Made by a program: the position numbers and the translations under genes. The notes below the pieces were generated by a model. It was not told where the DNA came from. It saw nothing but the letters and a program-made list of their open reading frames with translations, and ran no database searches. This document shows, piece after piece, positions 39,287-49,214 of a stretch of 64,000 nucleotides of DNA. Source of the DNA: Gammaproteobacteria bacterium. Its GTDB lineage: Bacteria; Pseudomonadota; Gammaproteobacteria; Natronospirales; REEB76. Location: NCBI GenBank assembly GCA_028870845.1, contig JAGWOR010000008.1, positions 5,303 to 69,302 on the forward strand, given 5' to 3'. The first letter of the stretch is position 1, and each line of letters starts with the position of its first letter.

Positions 39287-39778
39287 TCAGTGCGAGTGTC
39301 CGTGCCCGCTGTGCACGTGGCCGTGGGCCAGTTCTTCCTCGGTGGCGGCCCTGACTTTGACCACGCTCACGTCGAAGTTCAGCGTCATGCCGGCCAGCGG
39401 ATGGTTGGCATCCACCGTGACGTTTTCCGGATCCACCGCAGTTACCGTGACAGTGTGCCCGCCATGGTCCGCTTCGGCATGGAAGCGCATGCCTGGCTTG
39501 ATCTCCTGGCCGTTGTCAAACATCTTGCGCGGCACTTTATGCAGCAGGCCTTCGTTGCGCGGACCATAGCCTTTCTCCGGTGGCACCACCACCTTGAGGG
39601 TATCGCCCGCGGTTCTGCCTTCCAGCGCTTCTTCCAGCCCCGCGATGATGTTTCCGGACCCATGCAGGTAATCCAGGGGCTGCAATCCCCTGGAACTGTC
39701 CAACACGGCGCCGGAAGCGTCGGTCAGGGTGTAATCGATGGAAACAACGGTGTCTTTGGCGATGTGCATGGCATTCAT
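39287..39778 (-). CDS. slyD: FKBP-type peptidyl-prolyl isomerase SlyD with His-rich tail
   Basis: VSIDYTLTD..., an IF domain insert, and C-terminal HGHVHSGHGHSH. Confidence 0.9.
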   Translation of the reverse strand: MNAMHIAKDTVVSIDYTLTDASGAVLDSSRGLQPLDYLHGSGNIIAGLEEALEGRTAGDTLKVVVPPEKGYGPRNEGLLHKVPRKMFDNGQEIKPGMRFHAEADHGGHTVTVTAVDPENVTVDANHPLAGMTLNFDVSVVKVRAATEEELAHGHVHSGHGHSH

Positions 39779-39988
39779 CCTGGGCCGAAGTAATGAAACA
39801 CGGCATTCTAAACCCTGGAGACCCGCCTGTCAGTTGCATGCGTTTGCCGCAAACCGCGTCAACCGTTACAGTAATCGCCTTTATGATCCGCGCTGGGCTT
39901 GCTGCATGTTCAGCATACTGAAGATCCTGCGCGGCAAATTCCCGGTTACCGGGGTCGCGTCAGAAACCATGCAACAAGCTGTACAACC

Positions 39989-40870
39989 ATGAACATATCC
40001 ACATATAAGCGATTGTTGGCTGCGGCCCCGGCACTGGCGGCTGCCGCTGTGGTTTTCCCGGCACATTGCGCACCAACGACCCCAGAAGTAGGCGGGCAGC
40101 GCATCCAGCATGTGGTGGTGGTGATCGAAGAGAACAAGTCCTTTTCCACAATCATTGGCAACCCCAATGCCGACTACATCAATCAACTGGCGCACCAGGG
40201 CATGCTGTTCACCAATGCCCATGGCGTCATGCATCCCAGCCAGCCTAACTACATAGCGCTGTTCTCCGGTTCCACCCTGGGTGTCGAAGACGACGCCTGT
40301 CCTCGGAATTTAAGCGGCCCCAATCTGGCCAGTGAACTGCTGGCCGGGAAATTGACGTTCGCCATTTATTCTGAAGACCTGCCGGAAACCGGCTACCCGG
40401 GTTGCAGCGCCAGCCACGGTTTATACCAACGCAAGCACAACATGGTGGCCGACTGGCAGGACGCGGGCCAGTCGCCTTCACTTGACCGCCCGTTTAAGGA
40501 GTTCCCAGAGAATTACGCCAGATTACCCAGCGTGGCGTTTGTGGTGCCGGATATGCTGCACGACATGCATGACGGCACCATTGCAGAGGGGGATATCTGG
40601 CTCCGGGTGCACCTTGGCCGTTATGCGCGCTGGGCTGGCAGCCATCACAGCCTGCTGATCATCACCTGGGACGAGAGCGATGCCCGCAGCGCCAGCAACC
40701 GCATCCCGCTCATCATAGTCGGCGCCGGCATAAAGACGGGACGCGATGCGCAATATGTGAATCACTACGGAGTGCTGCGGCTGATCGAGGATTTGTACCA
40801 GCTGAAACCTCTGGGGCTCAGCGCCGCAGCCGAACCGATACATGCGCTGACCGGCGCGCCACGGGCCTGA
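39989..40870 (+). CDS. Secreted phosphoesterase family protein (acid phosphatase AcpA / phospholipase C-like, PF04185-type)
   Basis: I trimmed the ORF to the ATG at 39989. Signal peptide, HVVVVIEENKSF, SQPNYIALFSGST, DMHDG, ITWDESD. Confidence 0.75.
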   Translation: MNISTYKRLLAAAPALAAAAVVFPAHCAPTTPEVGGQRIQHVVVVIEENKSFSTIIGNPNADYINQLAHQGMLFTNAHGVMHPSQPNYIALFSGSTLGVEDDACPRNLSGPNLASELLAGKLTFAIYSEDLPETGYPGCSASHGLYQRKHNMVADWQDAGQSPSLDRPFKEFPENYARLPSVAFVVPDMLHDMHDGTIAEGDIWLRVHLGRYARWAGSHHSLLIITWDESDARSASNRIPLIIVGAGIKTGRDAQYVNHYGVLRLIEDLYQLKPLGLSAAAEPIHALTGAPRA

Positions 40871-40877
40871 GCCGGGC

Positions 40878-42008
40878 GTGTGCCCGCCGCCGTCAACAAC
40901 CAGTGCAGTTGACAGGCTGCGATGGCGCCTGCTGCGGCACGAATTTCAACTGCCATTTGTATACGCCACCCTGCTGGTGTTCCTGGCGGGCGGCGCGCAT
41001 GTGCTGGGAGATGGCTCACCGCCCTGGTGGCTGCTGATTGCCTTCGTGTGGCTGTTCGGAATTATCCTGTGGTCGTCATTGTGCGTGGTGCGGCATGCCG
41101 AAGTGCTGGCCAGCCGCATGGGCGAACCATACGGCACACTGATCCTCACCCTGTCGGTTATCGCCATCGAAGTCTCCACCATCATCACCGTCATGCTGCA
41201 CGGTGCGGATAACCCCACACTGGCGTCGGAAACCATGCTGGCGGTCATCATGATCATCATGAACGGCATGGTGGGGCTGAGCCTGCTGGTGGGTGGATTG
41301 CGTCACAAGGAACAGCAATACAACCTGCAAGGCGCCAGTTCCTATCTGAGCGTGATCGTGGTGCTGTGCGTGCTTGGATTGATACTGCCCTCTTACATGA
41401 GCAGCAAGCAGGCCATGGGTCTGCCACATCATGCTTTCCAGGTGCTGTTGTCGCTGGGACTGTATGTGATCTTTCTGTTCATACAGACCACACGGCACCG
41501 GAGTTATTTCAACCTGCCCGAGCCTGCCGATCTTCAATCTCCGGTGCGCATTCGTGAACCCGGAACCGCGCCTTACCACACGCTGCTGTTGCTGGCCTAT
41601 CTGGTGCCTGTGGTACTGCTGGCGGAGAAACTCGCGATCCCCATCGACTATCCCATCGAGACACTCGGCGCGCCCCAGGCGCTGGGCGGGTTGATTGTCG
41701 CCATGCTGGTGTGCACACCGGAAGCCATCAGCGCAGTGCACGCCGCCTACAACAACAAGCTGCAGCGTGCAGTCAACGTTTCGCTGGGTTCGGTGCTGGC
41801 GAGCATCTGCCTGACGATCCCCGCGATCCTGGTGGCATCCGGTGTGGCGCGCCGCGGCGTTAGCCTTGGCCTGCACGGTCCGGCGGTGGTGCTGTTGCTG
41901 CTCACCCTGGTGGTCAGCATTATCACTTTCACCAGTGCCAGAACCAACATCCTGCAGGGGAGCGTGCACCTGATTCTGTTCGCCGCCTACCTGTTTTTCG
42001 CCATTTAA
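40878..42008 (+). CDS. Calcium:proton antiporter (CaCA/ChaA-like)
   Basis: GTG start. About 10-11 TM helices. Two alpha-repeat-like blocks (GTLILTLSVIAIEVS and SLGSVLASICLTIP). Confidence 0.7.
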   Translation: MCPPPSTTSAVDRLRWRLLRHEFQLPFVYATLLVFLAGGAHVLGDGSPPWWLLIAFVWLFGIILWSSLCVVRHAEVLASRMGEPYGTLILTLSVIAIEVSTIITVMLHGADNPTLASETMLAVIMIIMNGMVGLSLLVGGLRHKEQQYNLQGASSYLSVIVVLCVLGLILPSYMSSKQAMGLPHHAFQVLLSLGLYVIFLFIQTTRHRSYFNLPEPADLQSPVRIREPGTAPYHTLLLLAYLVPVVLLAEKLAIPIDYPIETLGAPQALGGLIVAMLVCTPEAISAVHAAYNNKLQRAVNVSLGSVLASICLTIPAILVASGVARRGVSLGLHGPAVVLLLLTLVVSIITFTSARTNILQGSVHLILFAAYLFFAI

Positions 42009-42021
42009 TTCCGGCGGCGTC

Positions 42022-42044
42022 GGGCCGCCCGGGGTCGGCGGCCC
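42022..42044. terminator. GC hairpin between convergent genes (no U-tract)
   Basis: GGGCCGCC-7 nt-GGCGGCCC, a perfect 8 bp stem directly abutting the stop at 42045. Confidence 0.3.
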
Positions 42045-42812
42045 TCAATCCTCGAAGGCATAGGCATCCATGCACAGCGTGCGGTCGAAGCTGTGGTGCA
42101 GGCGCTTTACTCGTGCGCCGCCCGCGCCCATGGCTACAAACAGCGGCAGGAAGTGCTCTTCCGTGGGATGGTTGCGCGCCGCCTCGGGGGCGCGCTGGCG
42201 GTAATCCAAAAGTGCCTCCCGGTCGCCCTGCGTCAGGGCCGTGTGCAGCCAGTCGCTGAACTGTGCGTAGGCCGAATACCCGCCACTGGGGTGGAAATAT
42301 TCGCGCAGGTTATGAGTGGCCCCGCCGCTGCCGATGATGAGCACGCCGCGCTCGCGCAGCGGCGCCAGCGCCTGGCCGGTCCGCAGGTGGTGCCCGGTGC
42401 CAAGTGCGGTCTGCAGCGACAACTGCAGGACCGGTATATCCGCCCGCGGGTACATGAGCAGCAGGGGCACCCAGGCGCCGTGGTCGAGACCGCGTATCGG
42501 ATCGACCTGGGCCGCCGGTTGCAGCAGCCCGGCGATTTCACCCGCAAGCTGGTGGTCGCCAGGCGCGGCGTAGCGCAGTGCGTACAGCGGCTCAGGAAAT
42601 CCGTAGAAGTCGTGGATGGTGTCCGGATTTTGGACGCCGGTAACGCGCGTCGCGGGCGTATCCCAATGAGCCGAAATCACCAATATGGCTTGGGGGCGGG
42701 GTATTCCAGCGCCGAGTTGTTTAAAAAAGGCATGCGCCGGCTGGGTGGTGTCCACGGCCAGCATGGGGGAGCCGTGGGAGACAAACAGACTGGGAAGTTT
42801 TTGCCCGCTCAT
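42045..42812 (-). CDS. ygiD: Class III extradiol dioxygenase, 4,5-DOPA dioxygenase YgiD-like
   Basis: FVSHGSPM, ISAHW, DHGAWVPL, SGGATHNL, EEHFLPLFVA motifs. Confidence 0.85.
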   Translation of the reverse strand: MSGQKLPSLFVSHGSPMLAVDTTQPAHAFFKQLGAGIPRPQAILVISAHWDTPATRVTGVQNPDTIHDFYGFPEPLYALRYAAPGDHQLAGEIAGLLQPAAQVDPIRGLDHGAWVPLLLMYPRADIPVLQLSLQTALGTGHHLRTGQALAPLRERGVLIIGSGGATHNLREYFHPSGGYSAYAQFSDWLHTALTQGDREALLDYRQRAPEAARNHPTEEHFLPLFVAMGAGGARVKRLHHSFDRTLCMDAYAFED

Positions 42813-42905
42813 ACGCGTGATTTGAGGCCTACAGGATTGGCATTCAAGGCGACCGGCCGAGCAGGACCAATTGCAGACAAAATCATTGCCTGGCTGCAGT
42901 GCAGG

Positions 42906-44453
42906 CTATTCCATGGCCATGGCATGGTGTTTTGCGCCTCCTTGGCGTGCATATTTGGGCTGGCGCATGAGGAATACCAGCGGGATGGCCACCAGGCTCA
43001 TGATCATCATCAGCTTGAAATCATCGTTGAAACCGATCATGGCCGCCTGCTGGGTCACCAGTCGGTTGATCATAGTCAGGTCATGCCTGCTGTATAGGTC
43101 CACGTGGCTGCCCAGGGATGAAAACTGCATGGCCTGATTGTAGGGATTGATATGCGCGCCCAGTACTGAGTGATTGATCTGGGTATTCCGGCTCAGCAAA
43201 GTGAAGGCGATGGAAATGCCCACGCTGCCACCGACGTTCCGGATCAGATTGTATACGCCGGTGCCTTCGGTCCGCAGTTTTGACGGCAGGCTGGAAAAGG
43301 TCATGGTCATCAACGGCACCATCACCTGGCCCATGCCCAGGCCCTGCACGAAACCCGTCCAGGTAATGGCCCAGGTGTCGATACCGGTGTTGAAATGGCT
43401 CATGAAGTACATGGACAGGGCCATGATAAACAGCCCCACGGACATATTCAGGCGTGGATCCATCTTGTTGGAAAGCCGTCCAACCACGATCATGGAAAGC
43501 ATGGTGCCGATACCGCGGGGCATGAGTACCAGTCCGGTGATGATCACCGGATATTGCAACAGGTTCTGCACGAACGGCGGGATCAGGGCCATGATGGAAA
43601 ACAGGCTGATAAACACGATGAAACCGATGGTATTGCCGATAACGAAGTTACGGTCCTTGAAAAGTTTGAGATCGATATATGGGTGCTCTTTTTTGAAGGT
43701 GTGGATCAAAAACATCCACAGTCCAGTGAGGACCAGGCCAAACTCGATGATGATTTCCGCAGAACTGAACCAGTCCTTGCGTTCACCGCGATCCAGCATC
43801 ATCTGCAATGCGCCGATCGCCATACTCATAAACAAAAACCCCCAGCCATCGAAGGTTCGGGTCCGGTTGATTTCGGTTTCATGCACATAACTCAGGGTCA
43901 TGAGCACCGCCATAACGCCCACCGGGATGTTGATAAAGAACACCCAACGCCAGGAATAATACTCGGTTAGATAGCCGCCCAGGGTAGGACCCAGGATCGG
44001 GCCCAGCATGATGCCCAGGCCAAAAATGGCCATGGCCATGCCGTGCTTTTCCCGCGGGTAACTGTCCAGCAGGATGGCCTGGGAGATCGGCACCATGGAG
44101 GCCCCGAACAGACCCTGCAGCACCCGCAATATCACAATTTCCGTCAGCGAAGTCGCGGTTCCGCACAGGAATGAGACCAGCACGAAGCCGGCCATGCTCA
44201 CCAGATAAACGCGCTTGCGCCCGAAACGGCCGGCCAGCCAGCCGGTGGGTGGCGTCATGATGGCGGCGCCGACAATATATGAGGTCAGCACCCAGGAGAT
44301 CTGGTCCTGGGTCGCCGACATGGCGCCCTGCATGTCCGGCAGCGCCACGTTGGCGATGGTGGTGTCCAGCACCTGCATGAGCGTGCCCAGCATCACGGAG
44401 ACGGTGATCAGCGCCGTGTGCTGCTTTTCATTGGCGGGTTTGCGCAGGATCAC
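42906..44453 (-). CDS. emrB: DHA2-family MFS efflux permease, EmrB/QacA type (copy 2 of a tandem pair)
   Basis: 14-TM DHA2 pattern (MQVLDTTIANVALPDMQG, GWLAGRFGRKR, WRWVFFINIPVG). Confidence 0.9.
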   Translation of the reverse strand: MILRKPANEKQHTALITVSVMLGTLMQVLDTTIANVALPDMQGAMSATQDQISWVLTSYIVGAAIMTPPTGWLAGRFGRKRVYLVSMAGFVLVSFLCGTATSLTEIVILRVLQGLFGASMVPISQAILLDSYPREKHGMAMAIFGLGIMLGPILGPTLGGYLTEYYSWRWVFFINIPVGVMAVLMTLSYVHETEINRTRTFDGWGFLFMSMAIGALQMMLDRGERKDWFSSAEIIIEFGLVLTGLWMFLIHTFKKEHPYIDLKLFKDRNFVIGNTIGFIVFISLFSIMALIPPFVQNLLQYPVIITGLVLMPRGIGTMLSMIVVGRLSNKMDPRLNMSVGLFIMALSMYFMSHFNTGIDTWAITWTGFVQGLGMGQVMVPLMTMTFSSLPSKLRTEGTGVYNLIRNVGGSVGISIAFTLLSRNTQINHSVLGAHINPYNQAMQFSSLGSHVDLYSRHDLTMINRLVTQQAAMIGFNDDFKLMMIMSLVAIPLVFLMRQPKYARQGGAKHHAMAME

Positions 44454-44458
44454 GGCGG

Positions 44459-46009
44459 TTACTCCGCCACCACCGCGGGCTGGGGCGGCTGCGTAGCGTC
44501 GTATTTCGGCTGGCGCATGAGGAATACCAGCGGAATTGAAAGCAGGCTGATGATCATCATGAGCTTGAAGTCGTTGTTAAAGCCGATCATGGCCGCCTGT
44601 TTGGTGATTATTCCATTGATGATCGCCAGGTCATGGGTGCTGTGCAGATTCAGCCGCGAGGCCATGGGCGAAAGCTGGATCGCCTGATTGTAGGGATTGA
44701 TGTGCGTACCGAGCACGGAGTGATTGATTTGGGTGCTGCGCGCCAGCAGCGTAAAGGCGATGGAGATGCCGACGCTGCCGCCGATATTGCGGATCAGGTT
44801 GAATACACCGGTGCCCTCGGTGCGCTGCGCAGACGGCAGGGTGGAAAACCCGGCTGCAAACAGGGGTGCCATCACCAGGCCGATGCCGATGCCCTGGACG
44901 AAGCTCGTCCAGGTGATGAACCAGGTATCCACCTGGGTGTTGAAGTGGTACATCTCGTACATGGAGAAGGCCATGATGATGAGCCCGGCCGCCATGTTGA
45001 TTCTGTAACCAATGCGGCTGCCGAACTTCCCAACGAACACGAAGGAAATCAGCGTGCCGACGCCGCGCGGCATTAGCACCAGGCCGGCGATTATGACCGG
45101 GTAATCCAGCAGGTTCTGCACGAACGGCGGGATCAGCGCCATGACGGCGTACATGTAAAGAAACAGCAGAAATCCCAGGATGTTGGCGATGCTGTAATTC
45201 CGGTCCTTGAACAGGCTCAGCTCGATGTAAGCATGTTTGCGGCCGGTGCTGTATACAAAGAACACCCACAGGCATGCCAGGACCAGGCCGAACTCGATGA
45301 TGATTTCCGGGGAACCGAACCAGTCCTTGTGCTGACCCCGGTCCAGCATCAACTGCAGTGCACCGATGGCGACACTCATGAACAGAAATCCCCAGCCGTC
45401 GAAGCTCCGGGCCTCGTTGATTTCGGTTTCATGCACGTACGTCAGCGCCATGAGCACGGCCACCAAGCCCACCGGGATATTGATGAAGAACACCCAGCGC
45501 CAGGTGTAGTACTCCGTAAGGTAGGCACCCAACACCGGACCGATGATGGGACCGAGCACCACGCCGACGCCGAAAATCGCCATGGCCATGCCGTGCTTCT
45601 CGCGCGGGTAGCTGTCCAGCAGTATGGCCTGGCAAATGGGCACCATGGCGGCGCCGAAAAATCCCTGCATGGCCCGCAGCAACACCATTTCGGTGAGCGA
45701 GGTGGCGGTGCCGCACAGGAAGGACGCGGCCAGAAAGCCCAGCATGCTGATCAGATACACGCGCTTGCGTCCGAAACGGCCGGCCAGCCAGCCGGTGGGC
45801 GGCGTCATGATGGCGGAAGCCACGATGTAGGATGTCAGTACCCAGGAAATCTGATCTTCCGTGGCTGAGAAGGTACCCTGCATGTCTGGCAACGCCACAT
45901 TGGCGATGGTGGTGTCCAGCACCTGCATGAAAGTACCGAGCATTACGGCGACGGTGATCATCGCCGTATGCGGTTTATCGCCGGCTGGTTTGGGCAGTCG
46001 CACAATCAT
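44459..46009 (-). CDS. emrB: DHA2-family MFS efflux permease, EmrB/QacA type (copy 1 of a tandem pair)
   Basis: Same motifs as the neighbouring copy, with long identical peptide runs between the two. 5 nt from the downstream copy and 10 nt after emrA. Confidence 0.9.
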   Translation of the reverse strand: MIVRLPKPAGDKPHTAMITVAVMLGTFMQVLDTTIANVALPDMQGTFSATEDQISWVLTSYIVASAIMTPPTGWLAGRFGRKRVYLISMLGFLAASFLCGTATSLTEMVLLRAMQGFFGAAMVPICQAILLDSYPREKHGMAMAIFGVGVVLGPIIGPVLGAYLTEYYTWRWVFFINIPVGLVAVLMALTYVHETEINEARSFDGWGFLFMSVAIGALQLMLDRGQHKDWFGSPEIIIEFGLVLACLWVFFVYSTGRKHAYIELSLFKDRNYSIANILGFLLFLYMYAVMALIPPFVQNLLDYPVIIAGLVLMPRGVGTLISFVFVGKFGSRIGYRINMAAGLIIMAFSMYEMYHFNTQVDTWFITWTSFVQGIGIGLVMAPLFAAGFSTLPSAQRTEGTGVFNLIRNIGGSVGISIAFTLLARSTQINHSVLGTHINPYNQAIQLSPMASRLNLHSTHDLAIINGIITKQAAMIGFNNDFKLMMIISLLSIPLVFLMRQPKYDATQPPQPAVVAE

Positions 46010-46019
46010 GGCTCAGCCG

Positions 46020-47087
46020 TCACTGGCTGTCTGCAGCGCTCTCACTCGAACCAAACAATGGGTAGTAATGCGTGTCGATGCTGACTTCCGCGCTCATCCC
46101 TGCGCGCAGGTCGGGGCCGCCGGCCTTGGTATCGATGAGGATGCGGACTGGAATGCGTTGCACTACCTTGACCCAGTTGCCGGTGGCATTCTCCGGTGGC
46201 AGCACCGAGAACACGGAGCCGGTTCCCGGTGCAATGCTGACTACGGTTCCCTCCCAAGTATGGTTCGGGTAGGTGTCGACCGTGATATCCGCCTTTTGCC
46301 CCACATGCACATGGGTGAGCTGGGTTTCCTTGAAGTTGGCATCCACCCAGCGTTTCCCGCTCATCACCAGGGCGAACACCGGGCGGCCGGCTGTTACTAC
46401 GTCGCCGGGCTTGACATCCACTTCAGTGACTACACCGGCAGCGGGTGCCGAAATCGTGGCGTAGGAGAGTTCCAGAGCGGCTTTGTCACGAGCGGCCAGT
46501 GCCTGCTGGTAGGATGCCTGCTGATCGACCGGTCCGAACGGATTGCCGCCCAGTTGGGCTTCGATCTGTGCAATTTGGGCCTTGAGCGCCATGGCTTTCT
46601 GTTGGGCCATGACCAGGCTGGTTTTCAGGTCGTCCAGTCGCGCGGCCGGTACCACATCGCGTTTTTCCAGGTTGGTTTTGCGCTGCACATCACGGCGCAT
46701 GTAGGCGACGTTGGCCTGTGCCGCATCCAGCTCGGCTTCGGCAGCCCGCAGTTGCTGCTGTTGGGATCGGATCCGGTCTGCCACGGTTTTGAGAGCGGCG
46801 TTGGCCTGATCCAGTGCCAGCTGCAGGGGCGCCGGATCAATTTTCAGCAGTACCTGATTGGGTGTCACCAGCTGGTTCTGGGATACTGGCACTGCGATCA
46901 CCCGGCCTGAGATCTGGGGTGTCACACTGACTTGGTTGGCGAATACATACGCGTTGTCCGTGCTTTGGTAGCGCTCGCTGTGCATCCAGTACCATAGGCC
47001 CAGGATGATGAGCAGCAGGGGGCCGGCGATCATCAATGTGAGGCGCCGTCCACGCGGATTGCGGGCTAGCAGTTGCGAAGGCTTCAT
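46020..47087 (-). CDS. emrA: HlyD/EmrA family periplasmic adaptor
   Basis: I trimmed the ORF to the ATG at 47087. N-terminal TM, coiled-coil hairpin, lipoyl and beta-barrel segments (VSVTPQISGRVIAV ..., GMSAEVSID). Confidence 0.85.
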   Translation of the reverse strand: MKPSQLLARNPRGRRLTLMIAGPLLLIILGLWYWMHSERYQSTDNAYVFANQVSVTPQISGRVIAVPVSQNQLVTPNQVLLKIDPAPLQLALDQANAALKTVADRIRSQQQQLRAAEAELDAAQANVAYMRRDVQRKTNLEKRDVVPAARLDDLKTSLVMAQQKAMALKAQIAQIEAQLGGNPFGPVDQQASYQQALAARDKAALELSYATISAPAAGVVTEVDVKPGDVVTAGRPVFALVMSGKRWVDANFKETQLTHVHVGQKADITVDTYPNHTWEGTVVSIAPGTGSVFSVLPPENATGNWVKVVQRIPVRILIDTKAGGPDLRAGMSAEVSIDTHYYPLFGSSESAADSQ

Positions 47088-47123
47088 GTTGTTTTGACAT
47101 CCACAAGTGGAGCTGGCAGAATG

Positions 47124-47140
47124 GACTAGACGGTCTAGTC
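47124..47140. promoter_or_regulatory. Perfect palindrome GACTAGAC-G-GTCTAGTC in the 71 bp emrA / tolC divergent intergenic region (candidate TetR-type operator)
   Basis: 8+8 bp inverted repeat with a 1 nt spacer, centred at 47132. A TetR gene lies in the tolC operon (48545). Confidence 0.45.
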
Positions 47141-47158
47141 TAATTTGACGGGAAGCCC

Positions 47159-48520
47159 ATGTCAATCAAGACCCTGCCAATCCTCGCCAGCAACGCTTGG
47201 TTGTCCGGCTTGCTGTTTTCCGTGCTGCTGCCCGTGATGCTATTGCTGACACCGGCGTTGCGGGCCGATACCCTGGGACAGGCATTCGCCCAGGCCTACG
47301 CCAGTAATGCCGCGATCCAGGCACAACAGGCGCAAGTGCGCGCCTCCGGATACGATTTGCAGAAGGCGCGCGCCGGATATAAGCCCCAGGTGAGCGTTGG
47401 AGCCGGTCTCGGCACCGCTCACAACGACCTGGCATCGCCCCTGTTTCCCATTTCCACCTATCCCCTGAATACCAAATCCGCCGGCCTGACCATCACCCAG
47501 CCGCTGTATACCGGCGGGCAAGTATCTTCCAACGTAGATGCGGCGGAGAGCAGCCAGGCAGCGCAACTCGCCAGCCTCAACGCCACCGAAGAGCAGGTGT
47601 TCCTGGATGTGGCGGTAACCTACATGGACGTGGTGCGCGATCAGGCGGTGGAAAAACTGGAAAACAACAATGTGAAGGTTCTCAAAAAACAGCTCGCCGC
47701 CACCCAGGCTGAATTCGAGAATGGTGAAGTAACCCATACCGACGTGGCTCAGGCCGAGGCGAGACTGGCGGGCGCCCAGGCTTCGCTGATTCAGGCACAG
47801 GGCGCGCTGGCCACCTCGCGAGCCGCCTATGTGCGCGTGGTGGGTAACGAATCCGGCGTGCTGCAGCAGCCGGTGATGCCGGAGTCGCTGCCCACCACCC
47901 AGGCGGACGCCGTTCAGCTGGCGTTGAAAAATTATCCGGTTTTGGCGGCACGCTACGCGGAAAACGCCGCTCAGCAGCAGGCCAATGCCGTGGCCGGTAA
48001 GCTGCTGCCCAATGTGGCATTGACAGGCCAGCTATTGGAATCACTGGATCCACAGATCGGCTTCAGCCGCGTCGACACACGTTCAATTATGCTCACCATT
48101 TCCATGCCGTTGTATGCCGGTGGCGCATTGACCGCGGAAAAGCACGCAGCTCAGCAGCGCGCCGACGCCAGCCATGATGATCTGTTGGATGCCGAACGCC
48201 AGGCGCAGCTGGATGCGGTGAATGCCTGGCAGTCGTATCAGACTGCCGGTGCCAAATTAGCCGCGATCCGCAGCCAGATTCAGGCCCAGCAGATCGCGGC
48301 CAGCGGTGTAAAAGACGAAGCAGCCGTGGGTGAACGCACCACCCTGGACGTATTGAACGCCGATCAGGAACTGCTCAATGACCGTGTCAACCTGATCCGT
48401 GCGCAAAGGGACCTGCTGGTTTCAGCCTATGCACTCAAGGCCGCCACCGGCCAGCTCACGGCCCAGCACCTGCATTTGCAGCCGCCGCCTGCTGCACATC
48501 AGTCAGGCATGGGAAACTGA
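47159..48520 (+). CDS. tolC: TolC family outer membrane channel
   Basis: Signal peptide ...ALRA-DT. Duplicated OEP repeat architecture with Gln/Ala-rich coiled coils. Confidence 0.85.
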   Translation: MSIKTLPILASNAWLSGLLFSVLLPVMLLLTPALRADTLGQAFAQAYASNAAIQAQQAQVRASGYDLQKARAGYKPQVSVGAGLGTAHNDLASPLFPISTYPLNTKSAGLTITQPLYTGGQVSSNVDAAESSQAAQLASLNATEEQVFLDVAVTYMDVVRDQAVEKLENNNVKVLKKQLAATQAEFENGEVTHTDVAQAEARLAGAQASLIQAQGALATSRAAYVRVVGNESGVLQQPVMPESLPTTQADAVQLALKNYPVLAARYAENAAQQQANAVAGKLLPNVALTGQLLESLDPQIGFSRVDTRSIMLTISMPLYAGGALTAEKHAAQQRADASHDDLLDAERQAQLDAVNAWQSYQTAGAKLAAIRSQIQAQQIAASGVKDEAAVGERTTLDVLNADQELLNDRVNLIRAQRDLLVSAYALKAATGQLTAQHLHLQPPPAAHQSGMGN

Positions 48521-48544
48521 TACGGGAACCTCGGGAGCGTCCAC

Positions 48545-49159
48545 ATGAACGTAGCAGCCACTGATAGTACCGGCAGCGCCAGCAAACGCGACGCCATCCT
48601 GGAGGCCGCCAACAAGCTGTTCCTGGAAGTGGGTTTCGGCGCCGCCAGCATGGACAGCATCGCCAGTGCCGCCCAGGTTTCCAAACAGACTGTATACAAC
48701 CATTTCGGCTCCAAAGAGGAGCTGTTCGCCGCCATGGTGCGCGCCAGCTGCGACGAGATGACCCAGGCATTTGCCCAGGCCATCAAGGCCAACGACCCGG
48801 AGAAAGCCCTGCGCGCCATGGCCAAGCTGTTTGTGGATGTGGTGTTCACCCCCGACAAGCTCGCCATGCATCGCATCCTGATGGCGGAAATTCCGCGCTT
48901 TCCGGATCTGGGTCGCGTGTACTACCAGTCCGGTCCGGCCATCATCCGCAAATTTCTGGCGGACTATTTCACCGAGCAGAACCGGCGCGGCAGCCTCAAA
49001 GTCGATGATCCGCAGATCGCAGCCGAACAGTTCATCAGCATGGTTACCAGCAACCGCCTGAGGGTCGATGTGGGAGTGGATCCCATGCCCTCGGATGCGG
49101 TCAAGCAGAGATACATTGATAACGCCGTGACCCTCATCATGCGGGCATGCAAGACATGA
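48545..49159 (+). CDS. TetR/AcrR family transcriptional regulator
   Basis: N-terminal HTH (RDAILEAANKLFLEVGFGAASMDSIASAAQVSKQTVYNHFGSKEELF). Confidence 0.9.
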   Translation: MNVAATDSTGSASKRDAILEAANKLFLEVGFGAASMDSIASAAQVSKQTVYNHFGSKEELFAAMVRASCDEMTQAFAQAIKANDPEKALRAMAKLFVDVVFTPDKLAMHRILMAEIPRFPDLGRVYYQSGPAIIRKFLADYFTEQNRRGSLKVDDPQIAAEQFISMVTSNRLRVDVGVDPMPSDAVKQRYIDNAVTLIMRACKT

Positions 49160-49214
49160 GCAAGCATGTGCCGGGAACAACGGCTGCTTGCACGCGGTAT
49201 TTGACGCCACCCAC

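Noticed and set aside
39779-39988. Possible Pho box upstream of the secreted phosphoesterase (CTGTCA at about 39829 and TTACAG at about 39866)
   Set aside because: Only isolated half-sites are present. There is no pair of direct repeats at the 11 bp spacing required for a PhoB site, so the support is too weak.
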